Positions 50,887-63,820 of a stretch of DNA of 64,000 nt are shown here, one piece after another. The notes under the pieces are model-generated. The model worked only from the letters and a program-made list of their open reading frames with translations. It had not been told where the DNA came from and made no database searches. This DNA is from Octopus sinensis (Eukaryota): assembly GCF_006345805.1 (NCBI RefSeq), contig NC_043007.1:51150001-51214000 (forward strand), given 5' to 3'. Positions within the stretch are counted from its first letter, which is position 1. Each line of letters begins with the position of its first letter. The position numbers and the translations under genes are program-made.

Positions 50887-52750
50887 CTAACAGAGGCACG
50901 CGGCGTTGCTCGGGATTAAAATGGTATAGTTTGTATATAATATATTACAATTATGTTGAAACAAGTGATATGGGAAAGTGCAGCATTGACAACAAAGCAC
51001 TTGTGGAGTAAATGATGGGCTAATTCGACTAAGCAATATGTTATGCGTCTGTTTGGAGTATTTCAGGCCCTAACCTGTGGGGGTTATGCGATTTTTGAAC
51101 GCACCGAGAAGCTGTCAGTGGATATACTCTCTTTTGTAGCAGTCGGCGCTGTATCTAACACGACCCATCATCTAAAATGTTAACACCTCCTTCGGGTTTG
51201 TTGTCCTACATCACTCATAAAGTAAATTTGGAGGAAATGCGGTTATTCATTTGTGGGTAACAGGGAACCAATGAGGTGATAGACTTACCCTTGAAGTAAA
51301 TTCATGTTTATCTATCTACTTAGATGCACCAAACGATGTCATTTGCAGAGTTGTATTGTCTGATATTGTTCAGAAAATCCTTTGACTGGATGGAAATGCC
51401 TTCTACAAGATTTATAAGAGGCTGAGAAGGGGCTTGTTGTGCTGGCAATGTTGCCTGACCGCCTGAACAGTAATACCATTTGTTTCATTTAAACACTTTA
51501 AAGCTCTACAGAAAAGACAATTTGTTTAGTACACCAATTTGGACAGAATTTTTATTTTTATAAGAATGGGATGGATCATATCTGAAAACAGCTTCAGGAG
51601 TTGTGAAGAACGAATTTGTACGTAGTCTGTTTCTGAGAGCTATTCTATTGGACCTCTGCCTAATTATTAAAACATTGATTAATGATCCAGCATTAAGTGC
51701 TGCAATATGCATTTGCTGATGTTGAGAAAATCTCATCTAGCTTTTCTCTTCGGTTTTCTAAAATCCTCCTTGCTTTATACTAGTCTCTGGAGAGATTACG
51801 TCTTTTCTTAGGTGGCATATTTTCCCCAATATTGTAAACAAAAAATTATAAACATAGAAAGAAATTATACATTAATCCCTATTTTTGTAGGCAGCTGTAT
51901 GCGTAAAAAAATTATTTGAAGAGAGCAGAAATTGAAAGATAAAGCGAAAAGAACAGAGAAAGTGAAGGATGTATGTACGTCTATATGAAATGGACATGTG
52001 TGCGTGCGGGCTTGCGCGTGTGCATGTGAGAGAGAAAGAGGATGAGAAAGAAAGATAGAGTGAGGGAAGATGTGTGTCGTGATGATTGATGTCTTTTAAG
52101 GTATACACACATATATAAAAAATGTGACGTCATCGTATAAAATTTTTACGATAGCTGATTTATGGAAAAGATTGTTAAATTTTTGATATGCAAATATGTG
52201 AATGAAAACTTATATCCAAAATAGTACTGAATTTTTTGTTACCCCATACGTTAAAATCTGTAACTCGGTTTTGGAAAGCATAAGGAATATATAATATCAA
52301 TGAGGCAGATCTCTACATGGTAGCTAGACCTGGTAGAAATAGCAGCCAAATCTCCTTCAAAACAGCCTACTGTATTAATCCGACAATTCTGCCTGTTATG
52401 TAGTTTGAATGAGAAACTGATTATCAACCCACAGAGAGAGGAAAGAAGAGAGACAGTATAGCGACGGTTTCGGGTGATTGTCATCCTGTACTTCCCTTGT
52501 TGCTAGCGAAATGGCATGTGCTGGCTGTCTGAGCAACTGGTTGTTTTAATGGCGGAACAAACAGGACATAAAGATTACAAAAATAGCGATTTTCATTTTG
52601 AAACTAACAATTTTGAAAATATTTTTAGATTACGGAACGCCCCGCTCTCTCATATATCCATGTTTAAAATTTCAGAGCGATCAGAGGAACAATACTCGAG
52701 TCATAAGCGCACAAACAGACAAACAGAATAGATTTTATATATTAAGAAGA
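50887..52750 (-). mobile_element. Internally deleted Helitron (about 1.86 kb) with a RepHel N-terminal remnant
   Basis: A|TC at 52750; 3' CCCGAGCAACGCCG hairpin then TTAG|T at 50887; 51225-51700 translates FRYDP..Y, FLNNIRQYNS, MTSFGA, YHLIGSLLP, FLQIY (Helitron N-terminal motifs). Confidence 0.8.
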
Positions 52751-54904
52751 TCACATACTTAATGTTTGTTAAACCTTAGTAGCTACAATATTTTGTATGG
52801 AAGTAAACGAGAACAATATCGATTATTCGCAGTTGTTGCTGCTCATCAATGTCGCGTACTTGCCCTCCTTTCGAAACGAATCAGAAATAGCCAGCGAAAA
52901 TTATACCCTAGTAGTTTAAAATGCGTTTGCTGAAGTGTAATAGCGCCGCATAAGTAAAACAAAATTCAAATTTTGTGTTAGATGTATCTCAGTAATATTA
53001 GCATCAATATCGCATACTATGTCTATACATTTATACATATTATGTTGTCTATTTATTAATACATATTGTGTTTAAATATTTATGCTTTTATACATATATT
53101 TGTATTTATAATTTTTGTATTCTCTCAATACATCTATATATATTATGTCTGAAGAGATTTATTTGAATTACGTGGGTGCAGACAAGACTCATTCAGTTTT
53201 ACCCAGAAACCGCACTTTTCTAATGTAGTTAATATGTGACGTCTATTATGATTTTAATTACTTTTATTGACGGGAATTTAATTAACATCTAATTAATGGG
53301 CTCTATGTTACTTAATGTATGTGCTCACTGCTAGAAATAGCAGCATAATCTCCTTCAAATCAAATCATTACTAAAGAATCAGGGCGTCATCCACAGTCAT
53401 AGAAGCGGGGCAGCTCATTGGATAATGTATCCTGCCGTTATATATTAGACAAGATGGCCACGGATTGGATACTGTTTCTCCATTAAGGTTGGCCCGGAAC
53501 TCAATAACAGCAACAAACAACATAGAAATAAAGCCATTTCTATTTAAACTAAATTCATCGAAGGACGTTTCCAAATTACCAAATGTTTCTATAATTGTAT
53601 AAATATTATTACTAGTCACGTACATGTTAACATATGTAAAGTAATCACTTTATCTCGAAATTCTTCCATATTGTTTTTACAGGAGCAACTTTTGGTAGAC
53701 GTCTTATATTTTCTGGCTAAAGTTATAATAGGTCCCTTTGAAGTGAAAATTATAAATCTTGCTTTTACTGGAAGTTATTTCATCTATCTTTGCCACCCCA
53801 CCACCACCGTAAAAAGCATATTAGCTTAGATATTTCTGTTTTTCTTTAGTATTGAATTTATATTTGTTTATCTGTTACTTTCTCTGTTTTTTTTTTATTT
53901 TTATTTTCTTTATATGTTATCGTTGGATCTTCCTGTGTGTTTTCTTCTCTCAATTCTTACACATTATTTACGTTGTATACAATTGCTTTACGATCATATT
54001 TTCTCTTCTTATTAACAAAAACTTCACATAATTTACGGGTTCTGTTTTAAAATATATAACGCAAGTTTACTGTAAAGAATTTATATACCAAATTAAATTT
54101 TTCAAAAGAAAATATTTAAAATTTAAAATTTATCTTATATTCTTTTACTTAATTTCAGATTCTTTTCAGGAATCCAATATTTTCCTTTTCAGGATATTTA
54201 AATCCAGTCTTTTCATTTAGATGTGTAATTATAGTTATGTACACTATTTGTGTACCAGCGCATTCATCAAATTCGTCACCCTCGTCCGATATAAAGGATA
54301 CTTTTCTGGATGATGAAAATAAAGAAACCATAGGGCACTTTCTATATACCATTAAATATACAGAGCTTCTATCTTTAAGCTATAAAAGCAGTTAAATTCA
54401 CCTCAAACTAGACCCTTCCAGCTAATGGTAAGATACGAGTGTTGTATGAATGCATTATTTCAAAATGAATTGGGATGGTCGTAGATCAACGCATTCAGGA
54501 TACAACCTGAGGAAGCAACAACAACTGTATGTGTGTGTGTACACACACACATAATTATATATATATATATATATTGCAAAAATGAGTATGAGTTACTGTA
54601 CTTCCTCTCAAGTCGTTTTCAAATGCCGTCTAACCACAACAGTCTGTATTTATTACTCCAGCTTAAAACAAGCTGATAGGGCCAGATAACTTCTCTCGCT
54701 GGGTAATTCCGTGTGTCCTGTACCGGACTGCATATATTCTGCAGAGTAATTAATAATATTAATAATGATAATATTGATAATGATAATATTATCAATTACT
54801 CTACGGATCAACTTCAATCTCTTTATCATTATTAATATATATATACACATACGTATTTCCATCTATGAACTTCTTTCTGTCAACACTTCAAATATAAGAT
54901 CCCT

Positions 54905-54995
54905 TCCCTGAAGATGGAGGCTCGTCTCATCCAACAGTGGAATCACTCTACAAGCATTATTTTGGACCACCAACCTCTAAGAAACAGCTGTTGGA
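54905..54995 (+). ncRNA. Type I HHR-like motif (GUU triplet)
   Basis: TCC-CTGAAGA-TGGAGG...CCTCTA-a-GAAAC-AGCT-GTT-GGA; 10-nt palindrome AACAGCTGTT; short stem I. Confidence 0.55.
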
Positions 54996-55126
54996 TTTGT
55001 AATACTTTTCTTCGATACCTTTAACACATGATATCCTTTCTATTCAGTCCCATTGGATGAAACTTAACCAGAAACCACGTGGCTATGAAACGAATATTCT
55101 AATCACAAGCACAACCATACTTGCTC

Positions 55127-55216
<90 letters not shown>

Positions 55217-55819
55217 TATATATATATAATATATATATATATAGTAGAAGCAAGAGAGTGACTCAAAATTAGAGACTTTCTTGTGTTGGCACTTATCAAA
55301 CTAGTTACAAGTTGAAGGTGTGCGTGTTTATATAGCTGCTGATAAATAAATATATTTCCCTATGGAATGTTCTAGAACGAACTATAATAATGTCACGTCA
55401 ATAATTCAAAATATTCAAAAGTTTGCTCGTTATATCGTTCTTAAGTAAATACATAGGTAAATAAGAAAGACTCAAGGAGTGCATATATGCATGCAAACCC
55501 ATACGCCTAATTCATGTGAACTTTGTCATATGTACGTATGTACGAATTTTGCAGGGTTGTTTTCGTTTGATATGATCATCTGTGTATATGTGTGTGTGTG
55601 TATATGTGAATATGAGTATGCGTATGTGATGTCACACAATATACATGCATGTATGTATGTATGTATATATATATATATATATTATGTATATATATAAAAT
55701 ACAAAATGGGACAAGGACGCAAAACATCCAGACAGTTGGGTGATACAAAAAAGGGACAACAAAACATCCAGATAGACGATACAAACAAAACATATATATA
55801 TGTATCTGTATATATGTTA

Positions 55820-55916
<97 letters not shown>

Positions 55917-56080
55917 TATATATATACATACATGTATTTATGAATACAGTGTACATTCAAACACATAAGAGATAACCAATAATAGGATATCTGACTCACT
56001 AGAAAGAGCAGTTAAAACTCCAAACCACTAATAGTTGCAACTCTGAAAGGGAATGAAAAATAAAAACATTTACCCTATTT

Positions 56081-56169
56081 TTCATAGATTATGCATAGTT
56101 TCTGCAATCTTATGTAAATTAAAATAAAATAATTTTAATTTATATCTGGCGCTGCTTCGTCAGTAGGAT
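56081..56169 (-). ncRNA. Decayed type I HHR-like motif with AT-rich extended stem II
   Basis: ATCCTA-CTGACGA-a-GCAG..(11-bp TAAATTAAAAT/ATTTTAATTTA)..TTGC-a-GAAAC-TATGCATA-ATC-TATGA; mismatches in stems I and III. Confidence 0.5.
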
Positions 56170-56570
56170 GCCAGAGATCAACATATAGAGGCCTTAAAGT
56201 AACATGCCACATCTCTATATATTATAATTTTTCGAATCCTCCGCGCAAATGCGGAACTATCCGGCAGTAAATATATTGCCGATTTTCTTTCAAAATTAGC
56301 CAAAAACCTTTTATCATAACTTATGTGTCTGAATGTACACTGTATTCTTCTATGAATAATGTATAGTCTATTGACTAAATTTTTCCTTCTCGCTAGACCA
56401 GTGGTAACAAAGAATGTTTCTATAAATATTTTTGCTACCGTAAGATTTTTTAATACATGTATGTGTGGATTTTTTCTGTTTCCGTTTTCCATATCCACCG
56501 ACAAAGCACTGGTTGGCACGGGGCTATAGTAGAAGACGCTTGTCGAACGTGGGACTGAACTCGCGATATA

Positions 56571-57813
56571 TCAGGTCATCCCATAAGTTCTGTCCAAATT
56601 TGGAATAAAATATACAAGTGATCAAATATTATATTTAATTGCAATTTAATCATCATTGTACTTTCCCTGATTATCTATTGCTTCTTCCATCTATTTACTA
56701 GCTTTTTAATCCCATCAATCTAAAACTCTTTTGGCTTCAAAGCGAAGAACTCTGAAATTTTAGTTTCGACCTCCTCCTGGCTTGCGAAAGTTATATCCCC
56801 CAAATGATTCTGTAAACTACGAAACATATGGTAGTCTGAAGGAACAAGGTCGGGAGAATAAGGTGGATGAGGAATTTTCCCAACCAAGCTCTTCGATCTT
56901 CTGTGATGTGATCTTTGCAGTGTGGGGTCTCGCATTGTCCTGATGAAACATCACTCCTTTTCGATTCACTAAAGCGGGTCTCTTTTCCTTCAAAGCTTGG
57001 TTCAAACGCTCTAATTGCTGACTGTAGACTTGATTGTTGCATTGGTAACCCAAAGTGAATTACTCCTTTGCAATCCCACCAAATAGAGAGAACATTTTTT
57101 TCCATGAAGTTTCCTTCTCAGTTGTGGTTGAGCTTTTTCCCTTTTACCAGGCCACTGTTTACGACGTTTAGCATTTCGATAGAAGATCCATTTTTTGTCA
57201 CCAGTCACAAGTCTATCTTGAAAGGGTAAAATGAGTTCGCGCGAATGGAGAGAAGAGCAGATGTCATCTCGGAATTTGAGGTTGCTTTCGGTCAATTCAC
57301 GAGGCACCTATTTTCCAAGTTTAGGAACCTTTCCAAGTTGTTGAAGATGACGATGAACAGTTGTATGGTTTGAACTATGCTTTATTGCCAATTATTCAAC
57401 TGATAATGCAGGATTTTCTTCAAGTAATGTCTAAAGGAGCTTATAATCAAACTCAACTGGACTTACTGTTCGATCTTCATCTTCAAGGCTGAAATCTCCA
57501 CTTCTGAATTTTGGAAACCATTCAAGTTCTTTCATTCAAGCATTCTTTCCCATAAACTGAGTGTATGTTTCGAGTCGCTTCGGCTGCAGAGTTTCCTTTT
57601 TTGTACTCATAAAGCATTATGTGATTTAAATGCTTTTGGGATACTTCCATGTTAGAAAGGGCTTTAATCAAAGAAATTTTAATTCTATTATTCTGTAAAA
57701 TAATACTTTGCATAAAAAGAATTTTTAATTCCATTAGACATTCTAAAATACTATTAAATTTCATTCAATTTTACAAAAAGGTAAAATCGGACAGGACTCA
57801 TGGGATGACCTGA
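56571..57813 (-). mobile_element. Full-span mariner (DD34D) transposon, 1243 bp, inactive
   Basis: TIRs TCAGGTCATCCCAT(A/G)AGT(T/C)CTGTCC; TA TSD at 56569-70 and 57814-15; MEVSQKH..YEYKKG, LVTGDKKW, HQDNARPHT, HPPYSPDLVPSDYHMFR with 34 residues between the 2nd and 3rd Asp; frameshifts. Confidence 0.93.
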
Positions 57814-57820
57814 TAGTATA

Positions 57821-58198
57821 TCTCTTATGTTTTACAGTGATTAGACTGTGACTATACTGTGGTACTGCCTTAAAGGAGTTTTGTTTGAATCTATCGACTC
57901 TAGCATATATTTCTTAAAACCTGGTACTTGTTTTATCGGTGTCTTTTGCCGAACCGCTAGGTTATGGGGACGTAAACACGCCAGCACCGGTTGGTGAGAC
58001 AGCACAAACACTAAAACATACACACATACCGGTATATATACATATATATGACGGGCTTCTTTGAGTTTCCTTCTGCCAAATCTACTCACAAGTCTTAGGT
58101 CAGCCTGAGGCTATAGTAGAAGACACTTTCCCAAGATGCCACGCAGTGGGACTGAACCAGGAACAATGTGGCTGGAAAGCAAGCTTCTTACCACACAC
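57821..58198 (-). mobile_element. SINE S2
   Basis: Matches 27616-28041. Confidence 0.8.
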
Positions 58199-58297
58199 AC
58201 TAATATATATATATATATACTCACACACACACTAATACATACATATATATATATACTCACACACACTAATACATACATACATACATACATACATACA

Positions 58298-58367
<70 letters not shown>

Positions 58368-59859
58368 TACACACGCACGCACACACACGCGCACACACAA
58401 ACCTACATAAATGAGTGTGTTCACGCACACTTTATTTACTTCTTTTAGTTTGTATATCTACTGCTTTTTACACACATACACACACGTATACATACACGCT
58501 AGCAAAGAAAGAGTTGTATAATACATGTATGCCGATTGTATGTCTATACTTATATATCTATATGCACGTCTTTATATGTACACACACGTACAGACACACA
58601 CACAAACACACACAAACAAAGACACACACAAACACGCGCACACACGCGCACACACACATACATATATCATATTTAAAAGAGAGCTGGACAGAACGAAGGA
58701 GACAGAGAGGGCGAAACTCAAAGTGCTATATCATAATTACTGTATTGTAGATGAAGAAATATGGAAGTCCGAGCGAAATATCATCTTAATTTAAATCTAA
58801 CACCTCATATTCTCACACTAGTGTTTCATTGCTAACCTATCACGATTATATCACTGTGAAATATCAAACGTATTTCTACAATCAGCCAGAATATGGATCT
58901 TCTCAGAGGAGACTGTCTCCATTTCATCAATGGCACTTGATTGTGGTTATCTTATGGAGATCTGAAATTTGAAGACGTCGCATTTCCCGGTCGTACGTCT
59001 CACTATCATAGCAGTGGTATAGAAGTAGATAAGTCGAAAGTTGATATCGCTCTCTCTCTCTCCTTTTTTCTCTCACTAGCTTACACACAATCCACTCTCT
59101 CCAATTCTCTCTTTCTTTCTTTCTTTCTGTCTGGCTGTCTCTCTTTCTCTTACACACAATCCACTCTCCCTCTCACAATCCACACTCTCTCCCTTTCTTT
59201 TTCTCTCTTACACACAATCTACTCTCTCCTTCATTCTCTCTCTGTTTCTCTCTCTCTTATTCACATAATCCACTCTCCCTCTCTCTTCCTTCTTCCTTCC
59301 TGCCTCTCTCTCTCTCTCTCGCTATCTGTCTCTCTTCCTCGGCATATTGTGCGTACATATATACTGTAGATATATATATCTACGTTTGTATTTATGCTTG
59401 TAGTGTCGGTTTTTATGTATGTGCTTGTTGGCTTGAATATATGTATTTGTGCATCTAGAACAATATTTTCTAACGTGTCCTTCGTTTTTAAAATGTTAAA
59501 GTTTGATTTGGTTCCTTTTTTGTCTGAAGATAAGAAGTTTAAGATAGAACTGATTGTAAAAACACCGCTAAATGTTAAGAATATTTATTAAAACCATGCA
59601 AAAGGAGTGGGGGCGAGAAATACTTCTGCTGAAAAACACATATAAAATAGGAAAATATGAGAGAAAAATATGGAGCAAGGAAAAAGGAAGACAACGGATA
59701 AAGAGAGAGACAAAGAGTCATGAAAGGAAAAAGATGAAGACGTTAGAGAGTATGAGGAAGAAGAGAGGAGAGTATAAAATGGAGGCTCTTGAGCATTATC
59801 ACATGTCGCATCATCTTTATTGAACTTCATTCTTCTAATCTCTACCATGCTACACTATG

Positions 59860-59905
<46 letters not shown>

Positions 59906-59923
59906 GTGCTGCTGCTGCTGCTG

Positions 59924-59954
<31 letters not shown>

Positions 59955-60469
59955 TATCATTATCGCTATCACTAATTCTATGCAACTGTGTTGAATGAAA
60001 CAAACAAGAACAGAAGAGAGGAGGAAGTGGAGTAAAGGAGAGGAAGTCGAAAAGAGCTGTTTCATATATTTTCTTGCTTGTAATTCGTTACTAATTATAT
60101 ATCAGCTGTCACTTGGTTGCCTGATTCAAACAGCATGATGAGAACAATTCTTTGACGGAACATTTAATTTGAATGAAGGAATCAACAAGTAGAAATACAC
60201 AAGTCTCTTCTGAGAAACAAAAAATGTCAAGAAAGACTTGAAGGCCAAACTCTGAAAAGAATCTAATTGTATTCTTTCTAGTATAATAGAATTCTTTAAT
60301 ACCAGACACCTACAGTTCCCGACACACACAAATAAACCACTTTTTTTCTGTTTGTTATTGTCCAATTGAAGAAACTGTCATTTTTTGTTGCTTTTTGTTT
60401 TGGTTTTGTTTTGTTACTATCCACTTGAAGACACTGTCGTTTTATGTATTTCTAATATAGTTAAATGTT

Positions 60470-61095
60470 CTTTACCGGAGCTGTTCTTTGGCACAAATTT
60501 GACATCTTCCAAACCGCACTTAATATTGAAGAAGATGCGTATGATGGGTACCGAATAGGTGGAGCGGCCGGTAAGGTGCCTTGCAGTATTTAAATCATGC
60601 CCTTTTACATGTTCAGTTCCCATCTCACTGAGATCAAGTCTCCTGCGTTTTATCGTCTTAATTGACCTCATACATAAAATCAATTAATTCTATTCACAGA
60701 TTGTATATTCTAATTAAAATGTTTATGTTTGATTTTGCGCTGGGATTGAGCGGATTAGCAAACGTCGCTTTGTTGTTCCTCCGACTGATCGTCTGAAGCA
60801 TGACAAAACGACATTGCTTCCACTAATTCAAAAATACATCAAACCTGGCTCACTTATGGCGGCTTACAAAGATATACAAACATTGGGTTATCAGCATTAC
60901 ATGATAAACCACAAAGAAAAAATTTTTGACACCACACATGCACACATACACACACAAAACATCGAACGTTTTTTGGCGAGATTTAAAAGAATGTGTGAAA
61001 AGGCCGAGTATTCGTTCAAGCAGTACCTGGCCAGGTATTTATTTATCTCTGCTACAGAAAACAATTATTTTTATTGAGGCAGCAAAATTATATAC
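60470..61095 (+). pseudogene. Merlin (IS1595/IS1016-related DDE) transposase remnant
   Basis: GIERISKRRFVV..DR...TLLPLIQKYIKPGS, GYQHYMINHKEK, HTQNIE, YLARYLF; upstream DGYR and SHL motifs. Confidence 0.75.
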
Positions 61096-61098
61096 ACA

Positions 61099-62171
61099 TC
61101 TATATATATAAAGCTGAAGTTGTCTGTGTGTGTGTGTGTGGCAGGTTTGGTAGCCTTCAACTAACACTATCTCCTTCGAGACCCTCCGACGCAAGTTGAC
61201 CAAAATTGAGAGTATGATAGAAGAAGGTTTGCTCTTCATTCCGTAGAAGAAAAAATCCAAATCAGACCATGTTAAGACCAAAAATTATTTACATTAAAAA
61301 AAAAGTGCTTTTTTTCTATGAAAATCCCTATATTTTACGATTTTTTTACTGCTGTGTCGCCATTTTTCGGTGTATTTCAACCAGGAAAATGTTCACTTAA
61401 AGAGAATAACAAGCTACTTTTCAAAAATTCCAATTCTAAAGAGTCAAAAAGAATATTTTTGTGATGTCATTAGTTTTGTGCTGATCCAATGCAGAGGAGT
61501 AATGTTCGCTACGTCAATGCACTAATTTTCAAGGTCGTCAACAGCTGCAGCGTTGAGTACAATTCAGCAATTTCAATCGATTTTTTGTGAGAAAAACTAA
61601 TTGCATGAGCGTAAGACAGAACATGTGCGATCTGCATGCTGTTACAATCTACGATGTTCAAATCAAGCCTTCAATGAGTATGTTTTGATTTTATCGATTT
61701 TTTAAGTTATACGTGATGTCGATTTTATTCATTTTACAGGTACAACCACGATTTATGTTGCCCACCCGTTTGGCTTCAAAATAACATTTTTTGTTTTGTT
61801 TTTTTTTGTAACCACAAACTGTTCTTACTAACATTTTGGATTTTCCTGTACTTTTTCTTAATGAATACTTTTACAGTGTTAACTTTTTGATAGATTTTTC
61901 AGTGCAGTTCGAAACTTGAGCTTCATTTTGCTTTAAATCTACGGGTAATTTTTTTTTCCATAATGTTAATAGGAGGAATATTAACCAACAATACCAACAA
62001 TTGAAGTCGGCATTATACATTTGCAGCATATTCAGAGCAAACTCGATTATCGACACACTATACTTTTTTTCATAGATTACTATGTCAAAACTTTGTTATC
62101 GCGACATCAAAGTCTGCCGTTTTAAGCGCAACAAAAAAACAAACCCGAGCAACGCCGGGCTATACTGCTAG
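61099..62171 (+). mobile_element. Non-autonomous Helitron (1073 bp)
   Basis: A|TCTATATATATAAAGC...(GT)n start; CCCGAGCAACGCCGGG hairpin at 62144-62159 then CTAG|T. Confidence 0.85.
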
Positions 62172-62926
62172 TATATATATATAAACGCATGAGATGGGGT
62201 CGGAAAGGGGAATTTCCGAGGTTCCACCCCACCCCACCGTTTTCCGCAGAAAAAATGCATTTACGACAGCTTACGAGGTCAACTAAGACGATGCACCTAG
62301 AAAAACTGCGGGAAAAAATTATAATGGAGTCTGCTGTAAAACTATAAATTTAACGAATTATCTATAAGAACCATCCATAAGAACCACATAATCCAATACA
62401 TACTTTCATCTATAAAATCGTAGGATGTGATTTTTATGGAGGTTTGGCTTTAATATCACCTCTCAAGATGTAAATCAACTTCTTTGATAAGCCAATCCTG
62501 TGATTCGAAACTGTTGCGACAGATATGAAAAGATTTCGAGGCTATAAACTAAGCGAATCCTGCTGGTCTTAGGGTGCTTGGAAGCGATATTCCACTCTGC
62601 ACAAAGTCTTACACTGATATAAATTTATCAGGGCTCCACTGAAGCTCGATACTAAACAACTTCTCCGCAAGGTATTGTTTAAGGTGGTGTCATGTATAGA
62701 TATGCTTGGTTCCTCATGTCAATGCGGTGCAGCGACACTGTTGACCACAAGTGGCAGGCCTCCTTGTGAGAACAATTAAAATAAGCGTGATAAACCAGTA
62801 AATTAATATTTACTAAAGAAATTCTTTTAAAATTAAACAAAATACTTTTTGAAACAACAATGAAAAAAATTGCTGTAGATTTAACAGAGATTATACTGGT
62901 ATGAATGACTTGGTAAATAATAATCC

Positions 62927-63138
62927 TTTCTACTAAAGGCACAAGGCCTAAAATTTTGTGGGAGGGGAATAGTCGATCTTACCGACCCCAGTGTTTCACT
63001 AGATTTTAATTTAACGACCCCAAAAGGATGAAAGGTAAAGTTGACCTTGGCAGAATTTGAACTCACAACTTAAGGAGAGACGAAATGCCGCTAAGCATTT
63101 TGCCCGGTGTGCTAACGGTTCTGCCAGCTCGCCGCCTT
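62927..63138 (-). mobile_element. SINE S1 (alternative-tail subfamily)
   Basis: Ends GTTCTGCCAGCTCGCCGCCTT. Confidence 0.85.
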
Positions 63139-63159
63139 AAACTCTGTAAATAATAATAT

Positions 63160-63369
63160 TTTCTATTATAGACACAAGGCCTGAAATTTGGGGGAGATGA
63201 ATAACCGATTACATCGATCCCAGTAATCAACTGGTACTTAATAATCCGCAGCCGAAAGATTAAAGGCAAAGTCGACATTGGCGGAATTTGAACTCAGAAG
63301 TTAAGGACAGAGGAAATGTCGCTAAGCATTTTGCCCAGCGTGGAAATGATTCTGCGAGCTCGCTGCCTT
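63160..63369 (-). mobile_element. SINE S1 (alternative-tail subfamily), tandem neighbour
   Basis: Ends GATTCTGCGAGCTCGCTGCCTT. Confidence 0.8.
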
Positions 63370-63440
63370 AAACTTATCAAATAATAATTACAATAGCATC
63401 AACAGAATTCGTTCTCACATATAAACAAATATCAGTGAAG

Positions 63441-63654
63441 GTACTTTATTTACATTATTTATATTTGACGGATATTTGTCCTCATCTTGTTTGTTGTTAA
63501 CACAATGTTTCGGCTGATATACCCTCTAACCTTCACCAGGTGACTTGGGGAAATTTCGAAACTGGGTTCGGTTCTCATAACTAAGAAATTTATCGATGTT
63601 ATTATTATTATTATTATTATTATTAATATTATTATTATTATTATTATTATTATC

Positions 63655-63685
<31 letters not shown>

Positions 63686-63696
63686 TCACTGCCTGG
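63441..63696 (-). mobile_element. Inverted, head-truncated copy of the tRNA/HHR element
   Basis: 63441-63600 is the reverse complement of 63819-63975; then (TTA)n and TTCAGGTCACTGCCTGG (reverse complement of CCAGGAAGTGACCTGAA, 16/17 match); HHR core mutated to CTGGTGA. Confidence 0.85.
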
Positions 63697-63765
63697 GCAT
63701 ATGGCGTAGTGGTTAAGAGCGCAGACTACTAACCCCAAGATTCCGAGTTCGATTCCAGGAAGTGA

Positions 63766-63820
<55 letters not shown>

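Noticed and set aside
53145-53220. CTGAAGA...TGGGT/ACCCA-GAAAC
   Set aside because: Long unpaired insert after the core; no cleavage triplet or stem I.
63695-63760. Possible tRNA gene (also the heads of SINEs S1, S2 and S3)
   Set aside because: A and B boxes are present but I could not form a full cloverleaf with an acceptor stem; each head is fused to repeat bodies, as for SINE heads.
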